Assembly: GCA_973851085.1 (NCBI GenBank)
Contig: OZ316775.1
Span: 14,756,001 to 14,820,000, forward strand
Source: Ptychomitrium polyphyllum
Taxonomy: Eukaryota
DNA length: 64,000 nucleotides
Direction: 5' to 3'
Shown here: piece by piece, positions 37,101-50,800 of the stretch
Layout: every line of letters begins with the position of its first letter
Position numbering within the stretch: the first letter of the stretch is position 1
Translations under genes and position numbers: made by a program
The notes under the pieces: model-generated
Seen by the model: only the letters and a program-made list of their open reading frames with translations
The model's database searches: none
What the model was told of the DNA's origin: nothing

Positions 37101-37179
37101 AGCAGATAATGGAACAGCTTGTGGTGTACCGTCTGGTCCTGCGTCTGGCAACCAAGCTTCAGATCAAGCCCCTAGGTGA
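28183..37179 (+). CDS. TPL: TOPLESS / TOPLESS-RELATED transcriptional co-repressor (LisH-CTLH-CRA + WD40 propellers), 25 coding exons
   Basis: Starts MSSLSRELVFLILQFLDEEKFKETVHK|LEQESGFFFNMKYFED..., the TPL/TPR N-terminus; also SLNWQHQLCKNPRPNPDIKTLF, IDAHVGGVNDLAF, DYDAPGHWCTTMAYSADG, VMTTFMPPPPAATFLAFHPQDNNIIAIGM. Exons: 28183-28262, 29220-29399, 29661-29774, 29916-30074, 30249-30423, 30753-30879, 31016-31134, 31302-31443, 31666-31775, 32032-32101, 32324-32397, 32623-32718, 32904-32999, 33241-33368, 33507-33741, 33945-34112, 34403-34561, 34688-34837, 34997-35107, 35330-35509, 35726-35854, 35985-36080, 36209-36397, 36595-36767, 36969-37179; all GT-AG and frame-consistent. Confidence 0.97.
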
Positions 37180-40179
37180 TGTACAGTTTTGACTATGAAA
37201 CAGGTGTTAGGAGTCAGCAGGCCTCCGCAGCTTGCTAACTGGGGACGATACCGCTGTCTTAACATATGCATGCAAGAACCTGTGATTTTCAAGAAAGTGG
37301 AGTTCCAAAATTTGAGTTCCAAAGACTGATTCAAGACCTGTGGGCGCGTCCCTGGGTACGAATTCATTTTTTTGAGCTCGTCGTGTAGAAAAGATGGACT
37401 AGGGGCTAAGGCCGCATTATGTAGGTCTATTATGCGTTTAGTGAGTAGTTGGAGTTGTCGGTATGAAAGTTGACCTGACATTGGGTTGGGGGGAGGTACG
37501 GAGATGTTATTTGTACAGAAAAAATGTTGTTTCTATCAATCACTTTTGGATAAAATTTCTTCTTTCACATTGGGTGTCTCTGTTCTTGACTATTATAGGT
37601 GGCTAAATTCATCTCATGAATTCAAGCTCCTACTCTCTCAAGTGTCACTTTTTCAGTGTTGAGCATCTGTGTTGGAATGTGTGATCATCTTTAATGGTGG
37701 AATTACATGAAGCATTTTTGAGAACCTTCAAAATGAAATGATTACAGAAGACTATTGGTGACCATCGTAGTTAGCCGCTTGATGTGCCTGGTGTAACTGC
37801 TGAATTTCTAGTGGGTACTAGGATGTTAAGATTCTAAGCTGGAAGAATTGCTTAACTTTTATCCAGGCACTCTCGACCAGATGCTCGTGTACGTTTTGCC
37901 GCTCAAATCTAACTTTGATCGACCACTAAGATCGTTGATACTGGTTTTCTTTTTCAGGGAGATAGAGCCTCGCAGAAACTGGGTCTCTGAGGAGCGAACT
38001 ATTCAAATTAGGCCTAGAGAGGACACTAGCGATAATTCCCTTAATACAAGAGTGAGATGGGCTTTTCTGCAGATCGGCCAGTCAATTCGCTCTCTACCCG
38101 CTAGGCCTCAATCATCGCCGTCAACGCCCGGGTCATTGCACAGTTCTACGGCTCCAGTTGTTGGTCGTCGTCAACGACCTCCTAGTGGACACCTGCCTCG
38201 CCCGAGAAACAATCATTGGAACGAAGTCGAAGGTGCTCCGAGTCTGCGGAGAGTATTGGCTATCCAACTTCTGAGATCCCTACGTCCTCGGAATCCGCCT
38301 TCAAAATTGTTATTTCGACACCAAATGGCAAGAATATTTCAAGACCCAAGGGTGCGGCAGCGGTTGTTAATGTGGGGCCGAACGGCGAGGCGCAGCGCCA
38401 GGCGGCGACCACCTGTGCTCCCTGTTGGATTGGCTGGTGTCTGGTCATTTCTGTGAAATCAGGTTGGTTTTTTGGAAACTTTATTGAGCATTGATTTTGG
38501 TGAGATTTTATTGAACGCGGGTTTGTCAGCGGATGTGTTCATCACATTCGAACCATATTTCTCTTACTTATCATTTGCTCCTGTCCCACTCACTACTGAA
38601 TTCTGTTTAAGTCTCGGTGGTACTGTTGAATTCAGGCCGCCAAGGAGTTTGGACCAGAACTTTTGAAGTCAAGGGAGCCTGAAACTGACACTACCAGAAT
38701 AAGTGTGTTTCTGGACAGGAATTCTTTCGGTTGTCTGGTTTTCCAACGCAGTTCTGGCGCCCAGCCTCTCCCTGCGCGACACGGTCATCCGGGTCACATG
38801 GCTGTTCGGGAAGAGGGATTATCCGCTAAACTTCGATCTGCACTTGCTTTGTAGTGAGGCTTTTTACCTCTGTAAAAGTACCGAGGGCGAGCACTTTCGA
38901 TGGCGTTGGGATTAAGGTAGGATGTCTTGATGATGAGTGCATCAGTTGCATGAGATTTTTGGACGAGGATCTACCGAAAAGGAAAGTATTCACCAAGTCA
39001 GGGACAGCTAATTGATCTCTCAGCTACTTTCATGAGTTTTTGCTGCGTGCGCCATGTTCCGGAGCGCTGTTTGATGAAAGAAGTTTTACGACAAAAAGCT
39101 GTTGGGGGAGCTTGCAGCCGAAGCAGGGTATGAACAGAGGGGAGGAAGACGAAGAAGCCAGGCGCTACTTCAGTGACTAAGCGGACAGGAGGTTTAAACA
39201 TCGTGAACTTTTGCAACGATTCAGCTCGAGCTGGATGGAGTGGACACTTTCTTGTCGACCTACGTCTTCAGGAATCAGGTTCCTGTATCTCCATCCAGGT
39301 GCGCGTCGCTAGATTTCGACGTGAGTCTACATCAAGTTTACGTTTGAAGTCCTGTTCGATCAGACTTACACGTTGCATATATGTGCATATCCGAGGGCTT
39401 TTGTCCTAACTTGGACTCGTAAGGACTCGCTCCTTTGCATGTTCTCTCTATGGTGATTTTAGCTACGATTTGAGATTTTCTTGAAGACGGCGATTTTTGC
39501 TTTGATTTATTGTTCGCTTTGTCTGTGGAAAATATCCTATGATCAACTGGAGATTGTATTGCTTCAAACTAGAGTGAGATGATTCACAGTCCACTGTCTG
39601 CGATTCGAGAATGTTTGGGTTTTCACCGTCTGTATTATGGACTTGAATTTCACCAACATGTCAGGTTTAGATGCAGCACTAAATGTTTTTTTGTAGCTAC
39701 CTTGCAACTCCTTCAGGCATGTTTGGATTTCCGAACTACCATGGCTTCGTGACTTGTTCCTATAGAGATTTATGGGGCACTCTATTTCTGATAATGATGA
39801 TGGTTTTACTATCATTCAAAGATGCTGCATATTGAGCTCCATGAGCCTACTATTAGTCTTTGGAGCTGTCTGCAGTAGCGCAGGTAATAGCACTTGTAGA
39901 CATGACTTGCACCTATCTGCACTACTGTACTTTCGGTGTATGCCATCGCTCTCATAATGTTCCAGCTAGTTCAAGGAAGGCCTCAAGGATTCAAGGTTCA
40001 AATATCACAATAAGGATATTGACAGTGCAAACCCCTTGGCAGTCTCAATCTCAGCCTTGGCGAAGTACTCCAAAGCAAGGGCAGGGAGAGTCACTGCCTG
40101 CTTAGAAGCCCATTTGTCATCCGAAATTTGGATGTTTGGATTGTACAAGGTTTAGTCATCCGAAATTTAAAACTTGACT

Positions 40180-43100
40180 ACATCATGCTTAGTTTAATTG
40201 CATCAATAACTAAAAGAAACTAAGAGAATCAATTTTGGAATCAATTTTGGAACTTTAAGAAAGTAGCTTGCTTTTATATAGATTATATAATTGAAAGGAA
40301 TCCTTAGATTTATAAGGAATGAAGTTTATGTATTTTCCAATCTTAAGAAGCAAACATATGTAGATATAATCAAACTTTTGGTATTGTGAAAAGACATTAT
40401 TAGATATATTTGGTGTTAAAAGAATATAATGTTGATTTTATTGAATAATAAAATTCATGAGTTTATTATTTTATTAGTATAATAATATATGATATTGATA
40501 TATGTCAACAATTATTACAAAATTATTTCTAATAAAGTTCTTAAATTTTGTTTAATAACCAATCAAAATGTCCTATTTGGAAATTTGGCAAACTTATATA
40601 AGTCTAAACTTAATATTAAGCTCAATTTTTCTTATAGATATGGATATTTTTGTAAGAATAGTCATATAGAAGGAATATCTTTTTTAATCTAATTTTAAAT
40701 TTAATATATAGGTATTTTTTATATAAATGCAAAATTCTTGTTTGTAAGATGGATAAATGAAACATTTTTCTCCACATATGGTGAATTAAATCATATACAT
40801 AAATTTTACTTATTTGGAAAAAATAAAAACCATTATATTAATATATAAATATGTAAATTTTAGTAATGATTATTAATTTGTAAAATTTCACGAGAATTAT
40901 CATTATATTTTTTAATATTCCTTTTAAACAAGGGTCAACAATTTTATTTTATATTTTTACTTTTGACATTTTTGGATTTATATTGAAAGTGCAATTTTGC
41001 TTTATTTTACAAATGTCAATAAGGAAATTACAACACAAATTAAAATTTTTATAGACAAGGAATTTTAAAAGACATATTTTTAGCATTCCAAAACTATTTG
41101 CTAAGACAAGCTTAAATTCACTTACAACCTTTTATCAAATCTTGAATTCTAACAATTTTTAGTATTGTTTTATTAAATGACAAATCAAATATTCAACAAA
41201 GTTAATAATTTGAAAGGTTTTATAAATTTGGATTTAAACCTATATGGTTTTGATTATTTTTGTTACAAGTACAATATAGAAAGTTATAAAGAACACCAAT
41301 TATTGTACTATTATAGAAAATTTATTATCAATAATTAATGTAAATCTTTAAATAATTAAATATAAATATAAACAATGAAACAAATTAAAATTTTAAGTTT
41401 GTACAATGATCTATATGTGATGTTATAAAGCTTTCAAGATATTAAAATAAATAATTGTGAGGCAAAATCATTGTTTAAAAATTATTACAAAATCACATCA
41501 TAATCAATATAATATTATTATAAGCTATATTTATCTTTTTGTCTATATGCATTTAATTCCAAGTGTTACAAAGTACCAATTTCATTTTAATTTAAAACAT
41601 TAAAACAAGCATTGCAACTTGAATTTCATTTAAAGCCTAAACCATAACCCAAGTTGTTTTTAGAAAAATGCAAACATCACTAATCTTCATGCCTGTACTC
41701 AAAATTTACAACTCCAAATTTGGACTAATTCTACAATATAGGAAGCAATATCTTAAAAAATCAATACTTAAAAATATCAAAAACTAAGGTCTTTTTCCAT
41801 AATATAAATAACCACTCAATAAATCCACACATAATACAATGGAGTAATGTAAACTTATTTATCTAAAGCAAACAACTGAGAAATTTTTTTAATCAAGAAC
41901 AAGATTAAATTCTTAATTGGACTAGTCAAATGCCCACTTCAATAAAAAGATATTGAAATGTAGAGCACTTTTTTTTGGTTTGGAATTGCAATTTATTGCA
42001 AAATAAGTGATTTTATATAATTAAACTTTTGCATTGAGAACCTTGAGTACAAAATTAAGTTTTAATTATAATTTATTAAATGACTTTCTTTACTATTCCA
42101 AGTAGATTGTTAAGTAATTGAATGCATAGACATCAAAAACGTTGCTACGCAAACATGGAATTACATTGAGCTTTAAGGTAACCCCATGTACTACTATTTA
42201 CTTATAGAAATGCAATTTTTAAAGAAAATAAAATTCCATCTAATATATTATAAAATAAATAGTATGTAACCTTTTTAATCAATATTTTAATTAAAACATT
42301 TTAAATCAATTATATCAATATGTTTCTTTTGAATTCTACAATGAAGCCAAAAGCTTTTTTAATTGTCATAAATTTGGAGCTTTAAAGAAGAATATGTCAT
42401 ATTTTTGCTTCTATGCCAAGAAATCAAATCGATAACAAATACTTGTGCAAATAGCATCTTTTATTCATGTATTATATATGTTTATAAAATTCTATAATAT
42501 GAGATTAGAAATAGCCTTTATGTTTAAATATTATCAAAAATACATATTATGGAGAATCTTATATATTTTGAACCTTGTGCATTATTTAATTTATTTTCAA
42601 AACTGTTTTTTCAAATCTAACATCTTTTTTTGAATTATTCATTTTACTTTTACATATAAAGTTTTTCTTAGAGTTTCTATGCAGTTCTTTAAAAATTCAC
42701 CTACTCCACCAATTTTAGAATTTATATTCTTTTGGATTAGTTTTTTAAAGAATCATTATATGTTTTTTGAACTCTAAGATTTGAATTTATTTCCTATTAT
42801 ATACATGATTATATATAGTTGAAAGTATATGTAAAGTAGTAAATAGATGTGAAAAATGAAGATTATTGTTAAAAATCATGGATCATATAAAAACAAATTT
42901 GCTTAGCAAATGAAATTCAAAATGCAAGTTTGATGTGAAATATAAGATTTCCAAATTTATTACAAATCATGAATTCCTTTATATTCATTGAATAATCTAA
43001 CTATTTGACCTTCTTTGCATTCTAATTTTTTTGAAAAGAATCAAATAACATCATTATTCTCTTGTAATAATCAATGCAATAAAAACAATATATCTTTCAA

Positions 43101-44200
43101 TTATTTGAAAGCTTTTATATTTTATATTTCTTAGATAAATTAGTTCATTTAGATATTCTTTGTATCAAATATTCTATACTACAAAAAACCTTTTTTTAGA
43201 ACTTTATATAAGATTTGAAAATAATGTTGTTAATATAGATCATTATCAATGTATAGGTTTTTTTAAGACAATAACACATTAAAGATGAGAATTTTTGAAA
43301 ATAAACATTAATATTGGAACCACATTATTTTCACCACCTAAATATTAAATTTTATTTAAATATCAATTGTAAATTCTTTAGATTTATCTGATTTGATTGT
43401 AAATTGAAGATATTGCATTTATATTGTCAAAGATGATTCCTTCAAAACCTAAGCCTCAACAAAAACTCAAAAGACTTCCTTTAACTATTGTTTGTACAGA
43501 AAAGGTATAACATCTTTTTAAATACATTTGTATATATATATTTCTTAGAAACATATTTAATGAATACGCAAAATGATAATAACAACCTGCAATTCCAAAA
43601 AAATCAATTCAATATTATAAATATACAATTTGTTAAATTTGTAAAAATTCAATGTAAGAAAAAAGTTGATAATGGCTATTATTTTTAATATTATAAAAAT
43701 TGCATAATCTTACATATATGTTCATACGCTTTTGATGTAACATCATTTTGCTTTCAATAGTTTAAAGTTATTTGAAATGAAATTTATCATAAAAGCAATA
43801 TGTGATATGCATTTTAGTTTCAAGTCCGAAATGGAAAAATATTTCAAAAGAAAAGCAGTAGAAGAAATTCAGAAACAAGTTCAGCTTATAATGTTGAAAT
43901 TTTAAATGCAAAGGAAGCTTCGTTATTTGATATAGATGGGGTAATGAATGGTATTTTTTTACTGTGTGTATTTTAATACATGTTTTTCCATTCCATCATG
44001 AATAAACTTACGGAAGTTTTGAGTATGCTTGAATTGTTAAGAACACCCATAGCGTCTTTTATTTCATTTTTTATATTGACAGGCTTAGGCATCAAATACA
44101 AACACTGATAATATTGCATTCCTGCATATATTTTTAAATATAATATTTTCCAAGGTGCATAGTAAAAACATCAAATCCAAATTCACCAACTCTTGGATAA
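40180..44200. other. AT-rich intergenic spacer
   Basis: Abrupt GC drop after about 40170; no credible ORF. Confidence 0.5.
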
Positions 44201-44956
44201 GGAACATCAATCTTTCAAAAAACCATCTTCTCATCTCTTAAAACACAATCCTAATAGAAAAGTTCATCCATTCATGAGTCCACAAAAAACACACAATCAA
44301 TAACAATGTGGCTTATCTTCCAGTCTTTTGGGGAAACACTTATTCATCATAACTCGTGTTAATTCGTACACCAACATAAGTTTATACAAAACCATAAATC
44401 GTTTCAACATCGTTATAAACTTTTACATGTGAACCATCAATAACCTTGACGTGGTGCTCATAAACTAGGAGCTCACGAACAATGGCACTGTGAAAGTGGG
44501 GTTTGAACTTCCTAAAGAGATCATTGCTGTTGTAAGACCCAAGTTCACAGAAACCTTTCAACCTGGTGATCCGAACCAAAGGCATGTAATAGACAAAGGA
44601 CTGAAAATGCACTTGGCAGTGAAGATATTGGACTTTGTTCCAAGTGCAACAAGTGTACAGAATGTGGGTGAAGGAGCTAGAGATGTGTACAACAGAATTG
44701 CTAAAGCAAGCTCAAAACAACAAACCGAGGGCTTGTATTGCTTCCCCACCAAAGGCAATCAGTTGGAACATTTGTTTCACCAAATGGGGACTTACATGTT
44801 TCACTTCTCACTTGTGGGTATCTACTGACCTCTCAACGATGTAAAACTATATAAGTTGTAGGTTCTCATACTTTTACTCTTACTCCACAAAAGTGATGTT
44901 ATCAACAAACAAAAGTCTTTTGGGTTGTTTGTATAGGTTTGAAATCCAACAAGGGA

Positions 44957-45062
44957 TTGTAATATATATTGTAATGTATATTTTGTAATGTATATTTTGT
45001 AATGTATATTTTGTAATGTATATTGTAATGTATATTTTAATGTATATTTTGTAATGGATATT
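44957..45062. repeat. Minisatellite, about 8 copies of a 12-14 bp unit TGTAATGTATATTT
   Basis: Directly visible: ttgtaatatatattgtaatgtatattttgtaatgtatattttgtaatgtatattttgtaatgtatattgtaatgtatattttaatgtatattttgtaatggatatt. Confidence 0.92.
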
Positions 45063-45336
45063 CTAGTGTGTAGGTAGGTTCAAAGTATGGTGGTATACCT
45101 CCAAGTGTTCTTCGTATAAATGTAGCTCCAAACAATGCTTTGATTCCGGAATGTGAAGTACCTCATCACATTCAAAAGAAGAAACACCTTCCGGCAGGGT
45201 GATGATAACTTCTATAAAATGAGAAATATAATTGATGTTTTGATTATAACAACTACAATTGTTAACTTACATAGAAGACAATATTTATGGAGAGATTTTT
45301 AATAATTGGTTACAATCAATCGTTTATCCATTTCAG

Positions 45337-46905
45337 CCATGACGTTGCTTCACAAATCATTATAGATGATAATGATGATAATGATGATGATGATGATGCT
45401 GATATACCATTACATCCAGATAAAACAATCATACATGTCACTACTCTTGATGAATTAGTCCAAGTGAGTCATATATTATTGAATATTAAATCTTTTGTAT
45501 TTAATTTACATATTCTAAGTATAACCATGATTTTGTAATCATAGGAAATAATAAGAAATTGAAATTGTTGAAAATTTATTTTAAATGTGATGCTTTTATT
45601 GATTTAAATGTTTTGGAACATTTGTCATATTAAAGACGAATTCGTTTTTATTGATAATATAATTGAAATTTTAAATTTCTTTGAATTTTTGTTTTTGATA
45701 TTCAATTTAGAGATGAAATAAAATAATCAAAGCTATATATATATATATATATAGATGTAAATTTTAAAAAAGTGTCTTTTTTATGGCAATTGAAATGATA
45801 TTATTCTTTATTATAAATTATAGCATAGGTTTAATACCATTTTTTCACAAAATTAAATATAAATTCTAATTATTTAAATTAAAAATAATACTACAAAATT
45901 TACAATTACATTGAATAGAATGACATTAAAAAGTGTCTTTTTTATGGCAATTAATATTTTTCACATCTTAATAATATTTCATTTATGAAATCATTTGAAT
46001 ATATAATTTGCAACTAGAACGTAAATATAAATATTAAAAAACTACAATATGCCTTATTGTAGGTTAATACATGGTTTGCAATTGCTATATTTCTTGGATA
46101 TGCATTTAATCCACCTCTCCCTTCACAACAAGTAGCAATATCGCTTGCTCCACCTAGAGCTGAATGTTATGTAACTCTTGATGTTTATAGGAATGTTGTC
46201 TATTGGGAAATTGTCTCTTTTGGATTTTTTCTCTTTTCAACTATGGTGGCACATGGTTTTAAATTACTTCTTGTGTTAGGTATATTTTTTTGTAAAATAA
46301 CAATTTATATTCAATATCATATTAAAAAACCAAATGAATTAAACAATAAAAATAAAAGTAAAGAAAACAGTTTTTTTGAGTGACACAAATCACTTGTAAA
46401 TATCAGCATTAAGTATACTTAATAACCTTAGCGCTATGTGTTTTCATTAGATATCAAATTCATAAAAGACTATTATATTCTCTATCTTGATATAAAGTTT
46501 TAATGAAAATTGACATATGCACATAAATACAAATAAAATTTTCGAATCATAATATGAATAATGATTCTAAATTTATACATTTCAAACACAATTTTGAACA
46601 AGCAATATATTTTTTTAATTAATCATGTAGGAAACGCTCAACAAAGTGTTCATAATTCAAAGACTGCAATGGTAAACTTCAAGTTCCTGCAATTTGGAAT
46701 CTGGTCATGTTTGTTGGGAACAATAGTTGGCTCAATTTTTATGATAGTTTCCATGCTGTATTTCATTCAAGTGAGATTGGGAAGTATCACTTGTGGAAAT
46801 CCGTGGGCACTATGGTCTGTGATAATTCCCAGTGTGTTAGGTTACTTAGGGGTGGTTTGTTTTTCTTATACTGTGATTTATGAATCGGTTATAACCATAC
46901 ATTGA
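45337..46905 (+). CDS. MEE60-like (maternal effect embryo arrest 60 family) multi-pass membrane protein; start codon unresolved
   Basis: Exons 45337-45463, 46063-46279, 46631-46905 splice in frame: ...IIHVTTLDELVQ|VNTWFAIAIFLGYAF...ECYVTLDVYRNVVYWEIVSFGFFLFSTMVAHGFKLLLVL|GNAQ...SIFMIVSMLYFIQVRLGSITCG...*. This fits the remembered family pattern (IHVTALDGxVNVNSLFTxAVFxG ... FEVxSFSxFLFSSLVAxGLK ... IQIRLGxLSCG). The start is either ATG 45287 (in frame) or an upstream exon joined at acceptor 45336. Confidence 0.78.
45734..45753. repeat. (TA)10 microsatellite in MEE60-like intron
   Basis: Directly visible. Confidence 0.9.
45767..45952. repeat. 25-bp exact direct repeat, 161 bp apart, in MEE60-like intron
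   Basis: AAAAAGTGTCTTTTTTATGGCAATT at 45767-45791 and 45928-45952. Confidence 0.85.
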
Positions 46906-47852
46906 ATATGTTTGATTTATAATGTCTGGGGAGACGAGTGAATAAGATGGAACATGTAGCTTATGTTTGATCATACGTGTATACAACGATATCAATAGTA
47001 TGATTCTACCTATAGCAAACTAGACATTACATTCTAGAACTCAAAAAATCTTGCACTGCAGATGTACAATGCAAACTCTCCATTTATATCATGTGCTTCA
47101 CGTAAGCTCGGTGAATTTGGTTCAAGAAATTCAAACTCGTTTAGGAAGTATTCCTCTACGAAATCCCTAAGAGCATGAATTGGTTCAAAAACGTCATGAA
47201 TTTGTAAGAGCACTGGCTTTCAGATATAGTTGACATCTTTTAGAATTCCTCATTGCTTTGGTCCTTGACCCATATATATTTAACATTAGTATGAAAAAGG
47301 AATGCCTTGTTTCCAAGAACATATTTATTGACACTAAGTTGCATTCCAGATACTGTAACACAACAAGCTTAGAGAAAATAGTGATATGCAGATGCCAATA
47401 ATCCTTCCTCCTCTTATTAGTCCACAGTAAGGATGTAGCATCGTATATGAAGCCAAAGACCAGCTGCACAGTATGTGTCCTTTTTGAAGTCCATTCTAGA
47501 CAATTTTATTTTTTATGAAGTGGGTATCAGAACCCCGAAACTTCTCAAATTCAACAACGATTCTCTCCATGTGACCACTGATAGATAAGAATTGTCAATA
47601 CTAGTGACAACCACATGACAACCACTAACGACAAAACTAATGCTCTTACATACAGTACATAAGCAACTCTTTCTCTCCCAAACTTGCTGTTATGAAGGGA
47701 AGGAGGCTGTGTCAAAACCATAGCTCATTGCTTAAAAGCATATTGTAGCCCTCTGAATTCTATCATAGTTGATATGGATAACAGAATCCACGCATAATCC
47801 CGGCAGGAACACAAGCTTAAGGAAGTGCTATTTACATAACCATACAATGTAT

Positions 47853-50800
47853 TCAAGCAATTTTCTTCGATGTCATACGCTTCAGCACCTGTTTGCCTTG
47901 CCTTTTCATCTTCGACTTGATTTTTGCCTTGGTGATTAAGGTAGCGACTGTATTGACGAAGTTGCCGCAGGCCATCAGAATTAGAAGCAATCCACAAACC
48001 ACCATCTGTTATATAACACAATGAACATCAAGTCTTCATTTCAGTTCAAAGGAAATATTTCTCACTCGCTGAGAATTTGAGCACTACCAGTATGTCCAAG
48101 AGGAAAGTGATGTGAAATCCAAATTTTTCGTGACTACCCATCCCTTTCCAAGAGAGAGATCATGCTACGCAAGTCATAATATAAGAATTTAAATCATCCA
48201 GATTACGCAATATCTGACTGACCTTCAGCCAGTCTATATCTTAATTAAAAGATTTCAAATTATAAGAAGGAAAGCATCTTTCCAAATTAATATTGACCTG
48301 TTCATTCCTGATATCTCAGTTGCAATTAAACAGAACAGCTCTAATAGGAGATAGCTGATATACCTGCCATTCAGATTCATCCTCTAAGACAGCGGTTTTC
48401 AATAAAAGGATCCCAATGAAAAACTGGAATCCCTGCACATGCGAACGGATCGCAAGAATAATAGATCAGCACAAGCTAAAACATCACTGCTCCAAAATAC
48501 AAACAACAGATTTTCTTTGATGGCAAGTTCTTTGCAAATTTTTCGAGAGTCTTTTTGTGTTAAGACAAATCTCACCTGCAAAATAAAGAGAAGAGGATAC
48601 AGAACCCAAAGTTGCCCCTTGACACCAGCTGTCTCTCCCCATACAACATCCATCCTCCCAGCCTGCAAACAAAATACCAACCGCTCAATCAGAAAGGAAT
48701 ATTATCTCGAGTACTGTACCCTGCATAAAATCCTATAATTGAAGCCTAACATCACTAACATACGTAATGACTGGGCACCTCAATATGCATTTGGGCTCAA
48801 ACTGAACTGCCAAATGTGTCCAGTCATTTTCCATGGTTCTATAATCTTTGTAGGTATATTTGCGTTTCAGAAAGTCTGGAAACCGCAAATTATGCATCGT
48901 TTAAAAAAAGAAATTGCTTCTTAATCTCCAAGATCAATTCCCCCCTACTCTACGTACAATTAGTACCTTGCCAAGAGCAATTCGAGTGTACAAGCGTTGA
49001 CGCTGATAACGGTTTTGTAGTAGCATAGCCACACCTTGCATCACAGCCCATCCAAGAAACAAACGAACTCCTTGCTGCAGGTCACAATGGAAGTTAAAAT
49101 ACTGCAAGAGACAGAGTGACGGAACCAGCAAATCTGCAGATGCCAGAAAACGTGACGTCTACAACGAAACTTAATAAACTCTATTTCTTTGAGCGTAACA
49201 TGCCAAGTTATCCATCACGATTGGGCCTCAAGTGGAAAACACGTTGATTTGTGAGTAAGAGCTCAACTTAAAAAACCCTTTCCAAAACGTGAATTATTTC
49301 CGTAAAATTCTTCTGCACACCTGAAAAAATTCATGAAGATGAAATTTTACCCGAAGAAGGTAAACCATGGACCTTTCCCTTCACATGTTACGATGTCACC
49401 ATAAGGGAATCGGACTGTAGAATGAGTTCTACTTTGAGACTAAGGCATCATAATATTATAACCCGACATATCTGAACTTCATAGTGAGATACGGTGAGTA
49501 GAGTTGATTAGACAAAGACATACCTGTTTGCGGATGCAGCTAGGATGACCTTGGATTCCCCATGTCAGACTCACAAGTGCCATCACCATCGCACAATAAT
49601 GATGATACACCCACCTGCCAGGTCAATGCAGCCTTTAACACATTATACATCGTAAAAAGTTGCATCATTGACGGCACTTATAAAGAAAATTCGTGATACC
49701 TGGCCCTCCTAAACAGCCACTTCGGTGACTTTCTCAAACTAAGAGCTCATAAATTATAATCGCAACTTCTTGGTAATGAAAATTACCATGGTCGTATGTC
49801 ACTGCCGTTAACTCTCAAAATGTTTTCCCGCAGAGCTAAGCTAGTGTAGAAAAACAACAACCATGCCTGAAACCACCATACAAGTAGTAACATTTAGACA
49901 CCACGTACAAACAAACATATTATAGAAATGAAGCATGTACTTAACAATCCTGAATCAGGCAGAGAGGAATACGCAGTGCAGCTGACGTTGAACGGCACCT
50001 TGATAAATGAATGTTCCTCCGCTCCGATAAACGGACATCACTGAGGGCATTTTAGAAAAATCCTAAGCATACCTGGTAAACTTGGACTGGCAAAGCTGGA
50101 AAACATCCATTCCATATTCTGTTCTTCAAAATCAGTAAAATGACTGGAAATGCGAGAAACATAACCGCTGTTCTATCCTGCACACAGAGCACTATATCAG
50201 CACTCATGGATCAACAGGTGAAGATATAGAGATATATTTTCTTTGGAATTCTTTTAAAACATGAGTTCCACTTCTTAGCAGTTGATTTCCAAATCTGCTA
50301 AGAACCTAACACATTCCGTGCATATTAGAACGAAAAGTGAGTGTAAACTCAGCACACCCTGTAAGCATTGTACTCCTCTTTCACTTTGTATCGACCATCC
50401 TTGCGCGTTGCCCTGACATTGGCAGGTCCAAGCAGCATCCTAAGAAAAAAACCTGAATCATGTGCATGAAAGTTTGTTCAAAGTACGTATCTTCTATAGC
50501 ATCTCTCCTCAAAGCAACAACAGCAAGCATGATCTGAGGCAGATCATAAAATGACTTTCGTGAACTTGTCACTCCAAGCATAATACGTACACAGCAGTAA
50601 TACAGAAGTAACCCTTCTCTTTAAAAAAACATTAGTTTGAGACAAACTATTTTTACATAACGTAATACATCTATTCAAAGGACCCCAACAAAACGCAATG
50701 CAATTTTTATTTTTTCTAACCATTGGCTTTGGCAGGAAGTAAAGACGCCACGTCTCCATCGTAGAGCATTGTTCGTACTCTATATAGCTCCTCCTCCAGC

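Noticed and set aside
28183..37179. Non-canonical (U12 or GC-AG) introns in TOPLESS
   Set aside because: All 24 junctions can be placed at ordinary GT-AG sites in frame.
44957..45062. Possible CRISPR-like array
   Set aside because: Head-to-tail 12-14 bp units with no unique spacers in a eukaryotic context; a minisatellite.
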